From NCBI GenBank assembly GCA_051294905.1, contig CM119373.1:34038001-34102000 (forward strand): 64,000 bases of DNA, written 5' to 3'. Position 1 is the stretch's first letter. Each line of letters opens with the position of its first letter. The notes under the pieces were generated by a model. It had not been told where the DNA came from. It was given only the letters and a program-made list of their open reading frames with translations, and made no database searches. Position numbers and translations under genes: made by a program. This DNA comes from Botryllus schlosseri (lineage: Eukaryota). Positions 34,601-45,745 of the stretch are shown here, in pieces.

Positions 34601-35190
34601 GGAAAAACTTTGGGCGTTTTTTCGATATTACCCCTGAGATCAAAATTTATAAACGGAAAAATATATTATTTTTTCATGTTGGGTACGAAATATTAGGGTT
34701 TGAAGTGGGTTAAGGTTATCTTTGAGGTTAGGGTATCCCAATATTAGGGTTGTGGGTGAGGAATATTAGGGTTGTGGGTGAAAGATATTAGGGTTAGGGG
34801 ATGGCAGATATTAAGGTTGTGTGAATGACGAATATTAGGGTTAGGCGTGAGGGATATTACGGTTAGATGTGATAACATCCCCGAACTAACGTCCGCAACC
34901 CACAACACTAATATATTTTATCCCCCAACCCTAACATCCGTCATCTTCCAACCCTAATATCTCCCACTCACAACCCTAACATCCCGAACCCACAACCCTA
35001 ATATCTCCCACCCAAAACCCTAATTTTGCTATTCCCTAACAAAAACCCTAACCCTAACCCGCCTCCAACCCTAATATCCAGCAGCAACATCTCAAATCCC
35101 ATTCCAATCCCAAACAAGAAAAAGAATTTATTTTTACGTTTGTAAATTTTGATCTCGGGGGTATATCGAACAAACGCCGAAAGTTTTTCC
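34601..35190. mobile_element. Foldback/MITE-like element with inverted arrays of ATTAGGGTT-type repeats
   Basis: ~55-bp imperfect TIR GGAAAAACTTTGGGCGTTTTTCG... / ...CGAACAAACGCCGAAAGTTTTTCC; G-rich arm ~34690-34870 faces C-rich arm ~34880-35100. Confidence 0.75.
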
Positions 35191-36117
35191 AAGATCGCAC
35201 CGATATTTCAAATCTGAATCTGAAACTAGACTGCGTGGTGGAAAACAGTTCTTATATCATAGCGTTTGTCAATATATGGGAGGACCACGAGACGTCAACA
35301 GAACTCAGAATACTGTTGCAGTCTAGAAAGTGTGATGGTGAAAAGATAGTCTTTATGAAGTAACAGGTGCGTTACTAGCACTTCAGCTGTATACACAGAA
35401 TTTCAATGCTGCCAGCAGAGAACTGCTTCTGTATAACTTTTTTATTTATTCTTGCAAAGCTACTTCGTAAGGAGATAGATCCAATGAAAAATGTGGAAAA
35501 GTAATCTACTACAACTCTAACATTATGTTCAAAAATGCCTAATTTAAACCCTGGGGTGCAAAATTTTTGCATAATTTGGTTTTATAATGTCATAAACATC
35601 AATTTTTTCATTTTTTTGTGCAATATAATCTGTTTTTAGAGTTATAAAATAATCATTCTGTGATGACACCACATAGAAGAACTGGTCACAGAGTGACACA
35701 GACTATTCCACACGGTTATTATGATTGGTTCACAAATAAAAGTGATGTAAACTTATTTCAAAATTACTTTTTAGTCGGCAAAATCCATTCAAAATCCATC
35801 TTAAAACTGTAAAATTACGAAAATACGGAGCTGTTACTGACCGCAGTGTAAAACAATGATGAAAAAGATATACAGAAATAATTGACAAAGGTAAGAGGCA
35901 CACGTCTGACAAACTGAATGTAAATTGTCACAAAGTATGTATGAAGGTATAAACACGACCCAGTAATATTACCCTGCATTGGCTTAGCAAATTATCATAC
36001 TCAATATGTACATGCATATAGGTTGCCCACGGGCGATGGCATACCGATTCGCGTGGTAGATTTCAGCCCAGTAGAATGGAGTGGATAAATAACAAGGTAA
36101 TCATTCCACACTCAAAG

Positions 36118-37404
36118 TTACTTTGTTCCAAAATGGATCTGCATGTGGTTCCTCAAACACGAGCTCCTGACGAATAGCTTGCCGCATATTTCACACCCAA
36201 AATCTCTCACGTCCAAATGGCCCTTCATGTGTTGCCTCAGAGAATGTTTTTGAACAAAAGATTGACCACACGTTTGGCATTTGAAATCTTTTATATTCAG
36301 ATGGATGCGCATATGCCGATTCAAAGAACACCGTTGGTTGAACGATAGGTCGCATCTCTCACACTTGTACTCTTTCACTCCGTAATGGATGAACATGTGT
36401 CGATGTAGGGAATGCTTTTGACTGAAAGATTTGCCACAGATTTCACACTCGAATTTCAGGCCGAGATGGATCCGAGTGTGATTATCCAAACCGTTCTGCT
36501 TAGTGAACGATTTTCCGCATGTCTCACACTCAAGTCTCTCATTTTTAGTACGCGAATGATTGAGCATGTGTTTCGATAAATCCGACTTTCGCTTGAACGA
36601 TTTCTTGCAGAGTTCACACGAAAAATTATACACATCCAAATGGACCGCCATATGTCTTTTCAAACCACTCTGACATCTATATGAGGAGCTGCATATTTCA
36701 CACTTGAACTCTATACCATCAGTGTGTGTCATCGAATGATATCTTAGAGTCTGTTGCCGTCGGAAAAGTTTACCGCATACTTGGCATTCAAAGCTTTTTA
36801 TAGCAGAGTGGACGTGCATGTGTAGTTGCAAAGCTGTCTTTGTGCTGAACAAATTTGCACAAATTTCGCACTCAAATTTTTTGATGTCGGTAACAGTATG
36901 GCGGATCCTATGGGTTCTTAAATCTTTCTTTGTGAAGAATGATCTTACACAAACGTCACATTTGAAATTTTTCACGTCAAAATGACGAAGCACGTGATTC
37001 TTCAAACCTCTCATCTCTAGTAGAGTTTTGCCGCAAATTACGCAAGTGAAATTTTTACTACTGGCATGAAACTGCATGTGCTTTTTGAGATCATCTCTTT
37101 GTGTGAAGGGCAACCCACAAGTTAGACAGGCTGCAGTTTCGCCAGCAGAATGGATCGACAAGTGTTGAGTCAAGTTATAGTTAGTGGTGAAAGATTTGAG
37201 GCAAAGTTCACACTTAAAAGGCTTCACACCAGCGTGCATAAGGATATGATGACTTAAACTGGTTTTACTGGCCAAGGATTTATCACAAAGTTCACATTTG
37301 AAAGGCGCACAAACATGAATCAGCAAATGCTTTTCCAAATCACTTTTTGTGCTGTAGAATCGACCACAAACATGACATTCGTGGTATGTCGTGGCGGAAT
37401 GCAT
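36118..37404 (-). CDS. 15-finger C2H2 zinc-finger protein, 428 aa (ZF4)
   Basis: First in-frame ATG gives MHSATT, same length as ZF5; the ORF-track extension to 37539 begins at TTG. Confidence 0.93.
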   Translation of the reverse strand: MHSATTYHECHVCGRFYSTKSDLEKHLLIHVCAPFKCELCDKSLASKTSLSHHILMHAGVKPFKCELCLKSFTTNYNLTQHLSIHSAGETAACLTCGLPFTQRDDLKKHMQFHASSKNFTCVICGKTLLEMRGLKNHVLRHFDVKNFKCDVCVRSFFTKKDLRTHRIRHTVTDIKKFECEICANLFSTKTALQLHMHVHSAIKSFECQVCGKLFRRQQTLRYHSMTHTDGIEFKCEICSSSYRCQSGLKRHMAVHLDVYNFSCELCKKSFKRKSDLSKHMLNHSRTKNERLECETCGKSFTKQNGLDNHTRIHLGLKFECEICGKSFSQKHSLHRHMFIHYGVKEYKCERCDLSFNQRCSLNRHMRIHLNIKDFKCQTCGQSFVQKHSLRQHMKGHLDVRDFGCEICGKLFVRSSCLRNHMQIHFGTK

Positions 37405-39662
37405 AAGCAGGGTTCCTTGTGACCAGAGTTCTCGACGAAAAACTTGCCACAAATTTGACAAATTGTTTCTAAACGTGTTCCTCGATGGACTTGCTGCGTG
37501 TCTTGATCCTGCCGCGATATATTGATTCAATCCTCTCAATTCTAAAGTTTGCCAGGGATGCAGCAGAGCTATGCCAGTCGATTAATTTCCATACATCAAT
37601 CTGAAAATAGTAAGCAGAACTATTAGATATATTTTGTGGGTACTGATTTCAGCAGTGAACAAATGATACTCATATTTGGGGCTGATATGTTGACATGAGA
37701 CCAAAAAATAATCCCATATGAATTGACTGAAAGAGTGTGGTGTTCACGTCACATTTGGTTCAGCTCGTGAAAAGATGGACAAAACATATTTAGGGGTGTA
37801 AAGAGGGTGATAAGTATCACACGAATTTTAGTGATGTGATGTAAGCATATGATTCATTGTCCGTGAAAACACCAGACAAAAAAAATGCAGCTCAATATTG
37901 TACCTGTAGCCTGGAGATGAATCTCAAAGCACGAAAAAATTCTCAGTTAAATAACTTGTCAAAAATGTTCATGTCTAATGGCAGCACAATCATAAAAATA
38001 TTTTGACGATTCTGGTGTCCAATACGTTCAATTTCCTGGGTTTGGCTCAAGCATACCTGACCAGTGACCACTGAGCCGACATGGGTTAATCACTTCGCGA
38101 ATGTGATTGATTGCGATTAAGATTACTTCCAAAGGAGGCGATTGCAATGGAAAAGTAATCACGATTATATTCATTTTGATTCTTGGAACTTGAGCCTTCC
38201 AACGCATTGTAATGGAATAATTTCAATTTTAATCAGGGGTCGAAACTCTCTCATCACAAATCGGAAGCCTCTGTCTTTCAAAATGCAGATTCTATCTCCA
38301 ATACTTCATCGCTCATTTGCAAATTTAGAAATTCGAATTATCAGTGCTGCCAATTAGGCCCAATAAATTTATGCTTATCTTGATAAATAGGATATAAAAT
38401 CACACCCTTCTCTCTTTTCGACTGGCTACATACATGCTGATGCATAATAAGATATAGTCAATATTATGAAACGAATCAAATGACTAAAAGCACAGCTGAC
38501 GACAAACAGGCCTCTCATGCTCACTGTGACTCATGTAGACTGAGACCACCTCCCACGAGGAATTGATCATCAATTACTTCAATGCATGAGCTATTCAGAT
38601 GAATGATATGATCATATTTTAAAGGTACACTTTACACTACATCACTTAACTTACAATAGGTGTATAATTGGCACCCAACAGTTGCACTATTCCTTAGCTA
38701 TTGTGCGATTGTCCATGAACTTTTATTGCAGTCAGATCATAATAATAGTAAATACCGGCTTGCCTGCATTACACTAGATCAGAATATTTTATCAAAATTG
38801 TCTTCTTTCCAGGCGACCCATTATCACAATAGGCACATGAGATTGAGCAATTACAGAATCTATCACTGTGAAAACCTCAAAGTCCAAGAAAATCTCATCA
38901 TTAAGTAAGTAATTATGCACCCACCTGCTGTTCATGAGTGGCCTTTGCTGCAGGTATCATGTTAAATAACACAGGACTTGAAAAAACATAAGCCTACCAC
39001 TTTCACCTACCCTTTACAAATCAGTTAGATTGAAAAGCTGCGATAAAGAATGTAAACATCACTGTTAGTGACCCGAGATGTCATTTCACGATCATACATG
39101 CATCAATTACATAAAAGTAAAAAGCACATGCAATTAAAGAGGTACTAGATAATTGCACAGTTGCATATACGTTTACATTACGCTTGTTACACTTTGCTAG
39201 TTACGTTAGAAAATTACACAAAACACACTGGACATGGCTTGTAACACACAAACATCCAAATTAGATTGCAGAAGGTAATATTCAATGCTAATTACTATCG
39301 ATGCTGCGGAGTTCAAGATATGATACATCAACAGCTTCGTAACCAAATGATAAGAGCAAGTATATAGACAGTTTAAGAAATCACGAACTCGTACCTTGAA
39401 AGTATTCATCATGTAGCAGAAGTGGCAATCTATATTTTGCTGTGGAGCTTTTTGTTTGGGGCAGTGTATATTGCTGGGGGCTGATGTAGAACTTGATGTG
39501 CAATTAATAGCTTGAATTGAGTGTATTGCAGATGCAGCTTTGCACGCACAGCTACAAAGTAGCGATTGATACCAAAGCACTGGCTTTGGTCCCACATTCA
39601 TCTCCATTTAGACCAGTCGTACCCAAACTATTTTGATTCATTGCCCCCTTATCAAACCTATC

Positions 39663-40237
39663 TTTACCAAGTCACAAGGTCACAAGTCACAAGTCAATCT
39701 CACTTTTATAGTTTTGAGTCGAGTCAAGACAAGTCATTTTCAATTCATCACCGAGTCAAGTCCAAGTCCAAGTCATCGAGCAGAGGGTCGAGTCCAAGTC
39801 ATGGTATTATGACTCGAGTCAGAGTCCAAGTCATAGTGTTGACTGCTCAGTTTCCAGTTAAAGTTTTGTTAAACCCACTTTTTATAACTCTGTTTAGTGA
39901 TATCAAATGGTTCACTTAATAATATCCTAATTTTCCTCACTTTAGCAATTTCTGGTCGCATTTCCAAATACCAGTACCAATATACGAAATCCCATTAGTG
40001 GGGTCACTTTACTATTCTTCGAAATTACAATGAAATGCTGGTCTTGGCCATCCTAGTGCCTAGTCATATAACTAGACTCGAGTCATGCGCACTGCCCCGA
40101 GTCCCTAGTTGATACAAAGATTGACTAGAGTCGAGTCATTTCCGTATTTTAAAAAAATGACTCGAGTCAAGTCGAGTCATCAGAAAATCGTGGTTGTCAA
40201 AGGGGGTGATCCATCGACTCAAGTCATTACAGCCCTG
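39663..40237. mobile_element. GACTCGAGTC-rich hAT-type MITE (left end eroded)
   Basis: Ends ATTACAGCCCTG followed by CTTCTACA; duplicate of 47781-48350. Confidence 0.7.
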
Positions 40238-40443
40238 CTTCTACATCAAGTATGTTTCGCCCCGTGTATCCCAAAATCATCATCTTTGACAACCACTAAT
40301 TGACTCTTGTGCATTGTTATTGTACGAATTCACCAATGCTTACACTGCTATACTGAGGTCAGCCTTGTCACTCAAGTAGAACTATAAATACGCTATAAAT
40401 ACAGACTTAATTACAAGCAAATAGATATATTCATATTGGAATG

Positions 40444-40479
40444 AACCTGAAAAATTTCGGTTGACACTCATCAGGGGCA
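40444..40479 (-). ncRNA. Minimal hammerhead ribozyme motif, core intact but stem I and loop 3 degenerate
   Basis: TGCCC-CTGATGA-GTGTCAACC-GAAA-TTTT-TC-AGGTT on the minus strand. Confidence 0.55.
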
Positions 40480-41198
40480 ATTGTCAAAAACTAGTAGAGG
40501 ATTGGAAAAGAACATTGTATATCGACAATTGTATCACAAAATATGATGGCATGGCATTTCGATGGTACACGAACTCCTTCTGCAGGCACAGATTAGCAAT
40601 TTCCAAGACGTGTCAAAACTACTTCATGCGAATGTTGCAAATGAAAGATGTTGGAAGCAGCCTACCCAAGTCGTTTTGAAAAGCAGATGAGGGTTCGCAT
40701 ACTGTTGGCAGTTACTCAGTGGCGGCTACTTTCGAAATAATAAGATACGCGTGCTCGACTCAACCTAAAGTGACCATTGAAGATACAATTTATAACAATG
40801 TATGCAGGGCCGCACAAAACAGCATGTCCTCAGATTTATTAGAACACGGGCACACTTGGTGAAAGGATAACCCTTGACTCATCCCCTAAAGCTTGATCCA
40901 GAACAGGCAAAGGCCATAAAATCTGCAATTGGCAAACATCTGATGGATAACAATGTTTGCGCAAAAAATCGGCTCGGCGTACGACAGATTTCGTGTTGAC
41001 CGTGTTGTCGGGAAGGCTGTTCGGACTTACATTTGGGTACCTTGGAGCCAAATTTTATATAAAATACGCCCCCGAAGTCTGTCTACCATCTACACATAGT
41101 ACATTGAGCTTAAGCACTCTCTTTGCACAGATTATTCGAAATTTCATGCTGATGACGTCATATTTTGTGATACCATTGTTGACATACAATGTTCCTTA
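40444..41198. mobile_element. Penelope-like remnant: inverted pair of GIY-YIG 3' ends
   Basis: Plus strand ~40915-40960 reads AIKSAIGKHLMDNNVCAK (GIY-YIG C-terminal segment); left end is a minus-strand hammerhead-bearing terminal repeat. Confidence 0.7.
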
Positions 41199-41819
41199 CA
41201 ATGTGTTGATCCAACGTGTATCTCTCAACTTTATTTCAACAGGTTTCCATAATTTCCAGTTTATAAAAATCTCTTAGTCTTACTCTAAAATATATGTAAA
41301 TTGTTTCATCACAGTGATGTTTTTAAAACCAGAGACGAGCAAGGCAATCATCGTCACTAGAAGTACGGTATATCTGTATTGCAAGTAGAAGTGGCGATTT
41401 CCAGGACATATACAAACAAATTGAATGGCTTGAAAAGTACTTGAGTGATTAGAATTAGTTCAAGGATCACAATATATTTAGAAATCAACTGAAGCTGACC
41501 ACTTTCGAAATTGTAAGACGCATCCTCCTGACCAACGCCAAATGACTGGTGAATAGCGTCGAATATTTTTTGACATTGCAAAATTGAGTAAAAATTGTAG
41601 TGTTAGGACAAAAATATTAACAAAGCCGGAATTTTTTTGCAAAATGCATTTCGTTGCTGTCGGTGAACCTATCTGTTGACAATTTAAACCATGTAGCCTA
41701 CTTACTGTGGTAGATGGTCCACTCTTTACTCATTATCAATCATAAACCATCAAATGAAACAAATAAGTTGGCATGGCATGATGATTAACACACCTAAAAA
41801 TGAGTAAAATTTTGAGCGT

Positions 41820-42098
41820 TGGGTGAACTTTGGGCGTTTCTTCGATATACCCCCCGAGATCAAAATTTATAAACGGAAAAATATATTATTTTTTCATGTT
41901 GGGTACGAAATATTAGGGTTTGAAGTGGGTTACGGTTATGTTTGGGGTTAGGGTATCCCAATATTAGGGTTGTGGGTGAGAAATATTAGGGTTGTGGGTG
42001 AAAGATATTAGGGTTAGGGGATGGCAGATATGAAGGTTATGTGAATGACGAATATTAGGGTTGGGCCTTGGGCGTGAGGGATATTAGGGTTTTTCCAA
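41820..42098. mobile_element. Half-deleted copy of the 34601-35190 foldback element
   Basis: Left TIR and G-rich arm present; joins directly to TTTTTCCAAG, so the C-rich arm and most of the right TIR are missing. Confidence 0.7.
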
Positions 42099-43037
42099 GC
42101 CCGCACCGATATTTCAAATCTGAATCTGAAACTAGACAGCGTGGTGGAAAACAGTTCTTATATCATAGCGTTTGTCAACATATGGTTGAACCACGAGACA
42201 TTAATAGCACTCAAAATACTGTTGCGGTCTAAAAAGTGCGATGGTGAAAAGATTGTCATTATGAAGTAACAGGTGCGTTACTAGCACTCCAGCTGTATAC
42301 ACCGAATTTCAATGCTGCCAGCAGAGAACTGCTTCTGTATAATTTTTTTATTTATTCTTGCAAAGCTACTTCGTAAGGAGATAGATCCAGCCAAAAATGT
42401 GGCAAAATAGGCTACTACAACTCCAACACTATGTTCAACAATGCCTAATTTAAATCCTGGGGTGCAAAAGTTTTGCAAAATTAAGTTTTATAATGTCATA
42501 AATATCAATTTTTAATTTTTTTTGGTGCAATAGAATCTGTTTTTAAGGTTAAAAATATACGCCATGCGATAACACCACATAGAAGAAACTTTAAAAATAC
42601 AACGCGTTACCGAGTGACACAGGATATTCCACACGGTTATCATGATTAGTTCACAAATAAAAGGGATGTAAGCTTATCCCAAAACTATTTTCTAGTTCGC
42701 AAAACCAATTTAAAATACATCTCAAAACTGCAAAATTACGAAAATACAGAGCTGTTACCGACCGCAGTGTAAAACAATGATGAAAAATATATACAGAAAT
42801 AATTGACAAAGGTGAGAGGCACACGTCAGACAATCTGCATGTAAATTGGCACGAAGTATGTGTGAAGGTATAAACAAGACCCAGTGATATTACACTGCAT
42901 CGGCTAGCAAATTATCATACTCAATATGGACATGCATATAGGTTGCCCATGGGCGATGGCATACCGATTCACGTGGTAGATTTCAGCCCAGTATAATGGA
43001 GTGGATGAATAACAGGGTAATAATTCCACACTCAAAG

Positions 43038-44324
43038 TTACTTTGTTGCAAAATGGATCTGCATGTGGTTCCTCAAGCACGAGCTCCTAACGAATAGCTT
43101 GCCGCATATTTCACACCCAAAATCTCTCACATCCAAATGGCCCTTCATATGTTGCCTGAGAGAATGTTTTTGAACGAACGCTTGACCACACGTTGGGCAT
43201 TTGAAATGTTTTATGTTCAGATGGATGCGCATATGCCGATTCAAAGAACACCGTTGGTTAAACGATAGGTCGCATCTCTCACACTTGTACTCTTTCACTC
43301 CGTAATGGATAAGCATGTGTCGTCGTAGGGATTGCTTTTGACTAAAAGATTTGCCACAGATTTCGCACTCGAATTTCACATCAAAATGGATCCGAGTGTG
43401 ATTTTCCAAAGACTGTTGCTGAGCAAACGATTTTCCGCATGTCTCACACTCAAGCCTCTCATCTTTAGTACGCGAATGATTGAGCATGTGTTGCGTTAAA
43501 CTCGCCTTTCGCCTGAACGATTTCTCGCAGAGTTCACATGAGAAGTTATAAACATCCAAATGGATCGCCATATGTCTTTTCAAACCACTCTGACTCCTAT
43601 ATGACGAGCCGCATATTTCACACTTGAACTCTATACCATCAGTGTGCATCACCGAATGATATCTTAGAGACTGTTGCCGTCGGAAAAGTTTACCGCATAC
43701 TTGGCATTCATAGCTGTTTACGGCAGAGTGGACGTGCATGTGTAGTTGCAAAGCTGTTTTTGTGCAGAACAAACTTGCGCAAATTTCGCACTCAAATTTT
43801 TTGATATCAGTAACAGAATGGGTGATCCTATGGTTTTTCAAATCTTTCCTTGTGAAAAATGATCTTTCACAAACTTCACATTTAAAATTTTTCACGTCAA
43901 AATGGCGCAGCACGTGATTCTTCAAACCTTCTTTCTCTATCAAAAGTTTGCCGCATATTTCGCACGTGAAATTTGCGGTACTGGAATGGAACTGTATGTG
44001 CTTTTTGAGATCATCTCTTTGTCCGAAGGTCAACCCACAAGTTAGACAGGCCGCAGTTTCTGCAGCAGAATGGAGCAGTAAGTGCCGACTCAACTTATGT
44101 TTAGATGTCAAGGATTTGAAGCAAACTTCGCATTTGAAAGGCCTCACACCAGCGTGCATAAGCATATGCCGACTTAAACCGAATTTACTGGTCAAGGATT
44201 TATCACAAAGTTCACATTTGAAAGGCGCGCAAACGTGAATCAGCAAATGCTTTTCCAAATCATTTTTTGTGCTGTAGAATCGACCACAAACACGACATTC
44301 GTGGTATGTCGTGGCGGAATGCAT
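43038..44324 (-). CDS. 15-finger C2H2 zinc-finger protein, 428 aa (ZF5)
   Basis: Intact ORF; recent duplicate of ZF4. Confidence 0.93.
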   Translation of the reverse strand: MHSATTYHECRVCGRFYSTKNDLEKHLLIHVCAPFKCELCDKSLTSKFGLSRHMLMHAGVRPFKCEVCFKSLTSKHKLSRHLLLHSAAETAACLTCGLTFGQRDDLKKHIQFHSSTANFTCEICGKLLIEKEGLKNHVLRHFDVKNFKCEVCERSFFTRKDLKNHRITHSVTDIKKFECEICASLFCTKTALQLHMHVHSAVNSYECQVCGKLFRRQQSLRYHSVMHTDGIEFKCEICGSSYRSQSGLKRHMAIHLDVYNFSCELCEKSFRRKASLTQHMLNHSRTKDERLECETCGKSFAQQQSLENHTRIHFDVKFECEICGKSFSQKQSLRRHMLIHYGVKEYKCERCDLSFNQRCSLNRHMRIHLNIKHFKCPTCGQAFVQKHSLRQHMKGHLDVRDFGCEICGKLFVRSSCLRNHMQIHFATK

Positions 44325-45052
44325 AAGCAGGGTTCCTTGTGATCAGATTTCTCGAGGAAAAACTTGCCAGAAATTTGAAAAATTGTTTCTAAGCGTGTTC
44401 CTCAATGGACTTGCTGCGTATCTTGATCCAGCCACGATATATTGATTCAATCCTCTCCCTTCTAAAGTTTGTCAGGGATGCAGCAGAGCTATGCCAGTCG
44501 ATTAATTTCCATGCATCAATCTGAAAATAGTAAGCGGAACTATTAGATATATTTTGTGGGTACTGATTGCAGCAGTGAACAAATGATACTCATATTTGGG
44601 GCTGATATGTTGACATGAGACAAAAAATAATCCAACATTAATTGACTGAAAGAGTGTAGTGTCCACGTCACATTTGGGTCAGCTCGTGAAAAGATGGTCG
44701 AAAAATATTGAGGGGGTAAAGAGGGTGATAAATATCACACGAGTTTTAGTGATATGATGTACGGATATGATTCCTTGTTGGTGTCAAGTTCCATAATTCC
44801 TAGGTGGAAGTGGCTTGGCGCAGAAAACCGAACCCATGACCTTATAGTGTATGAACTGCGAAAGAAAGAAATCAATTTTGAACATTTTGAAACCAGTTGC
44901 CGATGCCTGTTTTGAACAGATGAATATAGCAAAAGCTGTGTTTATATGTGGTGGCTAAAACGAATTCTAATATGCGAAAATTTTGCAGAAGGATTGTAAT
45001 CGTTCAACTGGAGTCTGCTCTCGAGATAAAGTAGACACGCTGAAGCTTATGG

Positions 45053-45745
45053 CAGTGCCGGCCAACCCGTGGCCCGCGAGGTTTGAAGTGGCCCTTGAGG
45101 TAATTTCCGAAATTAGTAATATTATCAAAAATGGATTGCACAGTTTGTGAACTTGCAAGGCCAACAAAAATTTGATTGGTATGCTTGAGGTGATGACTAA
45201 AATATCAGTTCCAACGCATTGGCAGATCCATGAGCCAGTCACATTTTGGTAAGTCTTCTTACACTACAATAAAGCAGAATACTTTGCAATAGATTTATCA
45301 AAAGTAAAAATTTTCAACACGCTTCGCGCAACATGTTGTCACTCGATTTCTTGCTCTTAATATTGTTACCCCTTTGTGAAAATGAAAGAACGTCTAATGT
45401 ATTAGATTGAGTCTAACTATATTCGCAATTACGAGACAAAGTGTCGTTCTACATATGCGACCTTGCGTTTGCGCTCGCAGAAAGGCCGTCGACTATGAAA
45501 CCCTGGCAAAAAATGATTGACGCATGTTATGGTCAAAGCTTTCGATATCGATTTGTCCAGGCGCCGAATAGTTCATTCAATGCAAACTGAGCCCGGCGAT
45601 ATACAGCAGGCCAGCAATACAGTCAAGTGACAATATTATTGACCTGTGAACTTCGAAAAAATTTCGCGCTTGGTGCGGCTAGTGGCCCGCGCAATAGTTC
45701 GTCGATCAAATGTGGCCCTTTGGCTGAAAAGGTTGGCCACCCCTG
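45053..45745. mobile_element. hAT MITE, 693 bp, present only in duplication copy 2
   Basis: TIR CAGTGCCGGCCAACC / GGTTGGCCACCCCTG; TSD GCTTATGG / GCTTAGGG; homologous to 61114-61600. Confidence 0.82.

Larger units (their letters stand above)
33991..41198. repeat. Tandem segmental duplication, copy 1 (~7.2 kb)
   Basis: Begins TGATCCAACGTGTATC as does 41207; collinear through ZF gene, MITE and PLE remnant; ends GACATACAATGTTCCTT as does 49293. Confidence 0.9.

Noticed and set aside
34690-35100. True telomere or interstitial telomeric fusion site
   Set aside because: Units are degenerate 9-20-mers enclosed by TIRs, not (TTAGGG)n.
37405-37539. 45-aa N-terminal extension of ZF4 as an effector domain
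   Set aside because: Starts at TTG, is preceded by an in-frame stop, and the homologous stretch has stops or frameshifts in ZF2 and ZF5; most likely 5' UTR.
39206-39607. 133-aa minus ORF in the duplicated segment
   Set aside because: No recognisable motif and the frame is not preserved in the duplicate (~47170-47580).
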